NCBI GenBank assembly: GCA_001179505.1
Contig: CDMY01000489.1
Span: 1-64,000, forward strand
Source: Vitrella brassicaformis CCMP3155
Lineage: Eukaryota > Protista > Chromerida
Direction: 5' to 3'
Length of the DNA stretch: 64,000 nucleotides
The notes beneath the pieces are model-generated. The model searched no databases, was not told the origin of the DNA, and saw nothing but the letters and a program-made list of their open reading frames with translations. Positions 60,826-64,000 of the stretch are shown here, one piece after another. Numbering within the stretch: the first letter of the stretch is position 1; every line of letters begins with the position of its first letter. The position numbers and the translations under genes were made by a program.

Positions 60826-62046
60826 ATGGCTTATGTTCTCTCTGCGGCCGCACTTTCATTGTCGCACACGCGGCGAGAGGCTGACAGAAGGGTCACTGTG
60901 ATCAGCCACATGAATCATCCATTGCGGAGAGCCAACGTCTTCGTCGTGCGGGGCGGCGGCGTCAGCTCGTGGCGCAGCGCCCTCGAGGTGCTTGGTGTAG
61001 GCAGAACGTCTGGCTGCAGGTCGTTTGGTAGGGAGTGGGAAGAGATGCCATCCCGGTGGCGCCAGAGGAATGCCGACAACGACCAAACCATCTGTCGAAA
61101 GGTGAGTGCACGCGGGGTTTGTCTGCACCTGAACTCTCATCTCACCGCGTCTGCTTTTTGACATCGTTCAGGAGACTGGTGGAGGTGGCGATTGTCTGTT
61201 CTATTCTATCGCCGAAGGCCTGGCGTCTGGCGGTCTTGTTGACACCGACGGCAGCCCCTACACGGTCCCAAGACTGAGGCGCGTCGTCGCGCGTGCGTTT
61301 GTGGGCCGCACGGAGGGCGACGAGTACGACGAGAAGCTGTTCAGAGAGCGCATGGACGCCTTCGTGGCATTGGAGGCGAGTGGCGAGCAGTGGCCTGACG
61401 AATGGAGTCCATTGGCCATCATGGAACAGGACGCATACGTTGATACCAAAGGTAAGTAATCACGGCTCTCATGCTCACATCCACGGGAGGCGGCTGATAT
61501 ATCTAGATTTGTGCTCTGTGTGGTGTGACGCCAGGCGTGATATGGGATACGTCAACAATGGCGCAGAAGGCAGATGCGGTGGAACATGAGCTGTCCCAAT
61601 GCGGCAACAGCCACTGGGGAACGGCAGTCGACCTCGGTGAGACCAGGCACACACGTGCACACACAAGTCGGGCGAGCATTCTCATCAGCTGTCTTGTGTC
61701 TGCCTGTCTTGTGGTTTGCACCATCCATGCAGAGCTGCTTGAGGACGCGCTGGATGTCGGCTTCATCATTCTATCGCAGCAAACGGGGCGGGTATACAAC
61801 TACCGGCTCGACAGCGACACACCACGCGCGTATTACATGCTCCTCTTCTATCAGGACGACATCCACTTCCAGCTGGCGGCTCTCGCCGTGCCGGCAGAGG
61901 GAGAGAGCAGCGCCCGCTCTGTTGACACGTCCCCCAGCCCCAAGATGCGCCTCAAGTCTTTGTTTTCAGCTGCCGAGGTGCCGCGCTGTCTGAGGACGAT
62001 ATGGCAGGAGGATAGCAGACAACCATGGCCATGCAGCAAGCTCTAG
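60826..62046 (+). CDS. OTU-like cysteine protease (putative deubiquitinase), 4 exons; start uncertain
   Basis: Spliced ETGGGGDCLFYSIAEGL (Cys loop), LRRVVA, SHWGTAVDL|ELLEDALDVGFII, MLLFYQDDIHFQL (His loop). Confidence 0.8.
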
Positions 62047-63369
62047 AGGGGTGTGTGTAGTACGACAGCTGGCATGTCGCTTCTCTGTGTGTGGAAAGAG
62101 TTTACATTTGGCATGTTGCTGCGCTTGCGACTTGAAGGCCTTCGAAGATGTACCCCAACCCGCAGTAAGGCGGAGGCAATACAAGGCCGCTTACGCCTGC
62201 ATCTGTGGGCGACTATCAATCGGTACGAAACGCCCACTCCATGAGGCAAAGGGATCTTCGCCATCAGCCATCCTCTCCATCTCCTTCTCCTCACAGCATT
62301 CTTCGACACCGGCACAGCAGCAGATGCAGATGCACCAGGTGATGCACGCGGCGGCCGCCAAGGTCGCCGCTCCTAAGGCAGCCAGTGGCAGCACTCAGGT
62401 ATGCAATGAGGCGAATAGCAGACACACGCCTTGGCTTGTGTTGTTGTGTCGTGTTGTGTCGTGTCGTGTCGTGTCGTATGGTGCAGTTGCTCATCAACAG
62501 TGTTCCACCCGGTGCACCTCTACCACATGCCAACTCACAGAAGCCATGCCCATACATCAACTCTCAAGTACGCATGACGGCAATGGCATCACCCACCAAC
62601 ACACACACGAAGCCATTTCTGTGTGTGTGTGTGTGTGCTGATGTGTGTGTCAGGCCGATATACGACGTCACGAGCCAACTGCTGCCAACACGTGCCTTCG
62701 CATCACGTCGCTGCTCAGGATGGCGCCGACGAGAGACCCGCCCATCGAAGAAGATAGCCTGCGTGGATGTTTGGTTGGCCCGTGTACGTGAGCCCTCTCT
62801 GTCTCTGATGTGTCTGTGTGTGTGTGGTCTGCTTGATATTCATGACACTGTTTCACTTAATTGTGCACTTGTGCGCCTTTGTCAGTTCACGTGAAGCCTG
62901 GCCTGGCACCCTCCCTCCCTTTACGCACACCCGCACATGAGCCTTACCCACACGTCCCCCCACATTTCATTTTCATCGTATTCCTTCCTTTCATCATATT
63001 CACGACGAGTAGCACGCACAGCAGGGCAGGATGCGCAACATGTCGCCCACAGCCGTCCTGAGGGTGCTGCGCGTCCGTACCGAACACGGCGAGACACCCA
63101 TCGCCGCTGCACGCAAATCCCTCTCAAAATGGTGGCAACTGAACACACACCAGCCCACCCGCAGCCGAAAGCTCTCGCACTTGGACGTGCGCAGATGCCG
63201 TGTGGCTTACTTGTTGAGGACCATGCTAAACGGGATGCGGCTGTGTCTCACAAGGCACTCACGCAGGCGGGCTGCCGTGCCCAGTGGGCAGAGACGGCGG
63301 AAGAATGTGTGCTTCTCCCGGACTGGGATCCCCCCCAGCACCTCTGTGCCCCACGTGTACACCCGGAAC

Positions 63370-63969
63370 CCATCGGGAGAGCACTAATGCAACGCAAACA
63401 AGAGGTAAGCTGGTGCCGCGCAACGACTGTGTGGGTCTTACGAGGCGGCTCTTGTCGACAAAGAAGACCTCACCCCCTGTGTACACGTGGAGAGGGAATA
63501 TCCGTCCATCCATCCGGCCATCACTTGTGGATGCGTGCAAACAGTCTGTCTCCCACCTTTTGACATGTTTGCAAAGTAGCACCCTAGGTGTTCCCCCGCC
63601 GAGTCCCCGAAGGTGATGGACGCAAACATGATCTCATCGGCATACTCCCACAGGTACATGATGTGGTTGAGGAATGAGAACAACCCTGAACGAAGGCAAC
63701 AGACACAAATCAGCCACGGACGACGACTGATCTCCCTTGATGCATGGAGCTTTCTCACCCACTCTCTTTTCTCCCTCGTCACACGAGTCGTCATCTTCGA
63801 TTTCCTGCAGAGGCGGCGCACACTCTCTCTGCGGCTTCTCCAATCCATAGCCCACCCCCGGGAATACAGCCGCTGGCTGGACAGGTGGTGGTGGAACGAG
63901 AAGGGGCATCTCTCGTGGGCTCATCGGCACCACAAAGGGAACTACAACGAAGGAGAAAAAGCAGCCCAA
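63370..63969 (-). CDS. Hypothetical multi-exon gene near the window end (partial model)
   Basis: GT-AG bounded exons GLFSFLNHIMYLWEYADEIMFASITFGDSAGEHLGCYFANMSK / GEVFFVDKSRLVRP. Confidence 0.4.
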
Positions 63970-64000
63970 ACAGTCCCCCCCATGGTTGCACTAGTCTGCG

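Noticed and set aside
62050-63350. Possible multi-exon gene (poly-A/Q exon at 62245-62400 and following)
   Set aside because: I could not build a phase-consistent model or find any family motif.
1-64000. CRISPR arrays, rRNA, tRNA, telomeric repeats, operon-type prokaryotic systems
   Set aside because: No regularly spaced repeat-spacer arrays, rRNA or tRNA signatures, or telomere tracts were recognised by eye. The DNA is spliceosomal-intron-rich eukaryotic sequence. tRNAscan/Infernal were not run.

Overview
This is eukaryotic, GC-rich, intron-dense genomic DNA. The short GT-AG introns are packed with CA/GACA/ATCC/GCAG microsatellites, and there are four 300-N placeholder gaps. An alveolin-type gene, apple/PAN domains and several signal-peptide plus transit-peptide proteins point to a photosynthetic alveolate. 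A chromerid such as Vitrella is my inference, not something shown by the sequence. Recognisable genes: HhH-GPD/endonuclease III-like DNA glycosylase, RING-HC protein, ankyrin protein, solanesyl/polyprenyl diphosphate synthase, OPR/HPR-like helical-repeat protein, alveolin-like protein, SET-domain (Rubisco LSMT-like) methyltransferase, GT90/CAP10 glycosyltransferase, a large secreted IPT/beta-propeller/Cys-rich/apple protein, an FKS/callose-type 1,3-beta-glucan synthase (GT48) and an OTU-like protease. The left half (1-31.5 kb) is a rearrangement hot spot. It holds a multi-kb inverted duplication (1-6.1 kb vs 23.5-28.4 kb) carrying an unrecognised acidic/helical/NLS protein family, four broken copies of an adenosine deaminase-like gene that lacks its metal ligands, and chimeric junctions. 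The right half holds a candidate wall-polysaccharide cluster (GT90, secreted apple protein, glucan synthase head-to-head) and a 105-nt fold-back element. Gene boundaries are manual splice models and are approximate.
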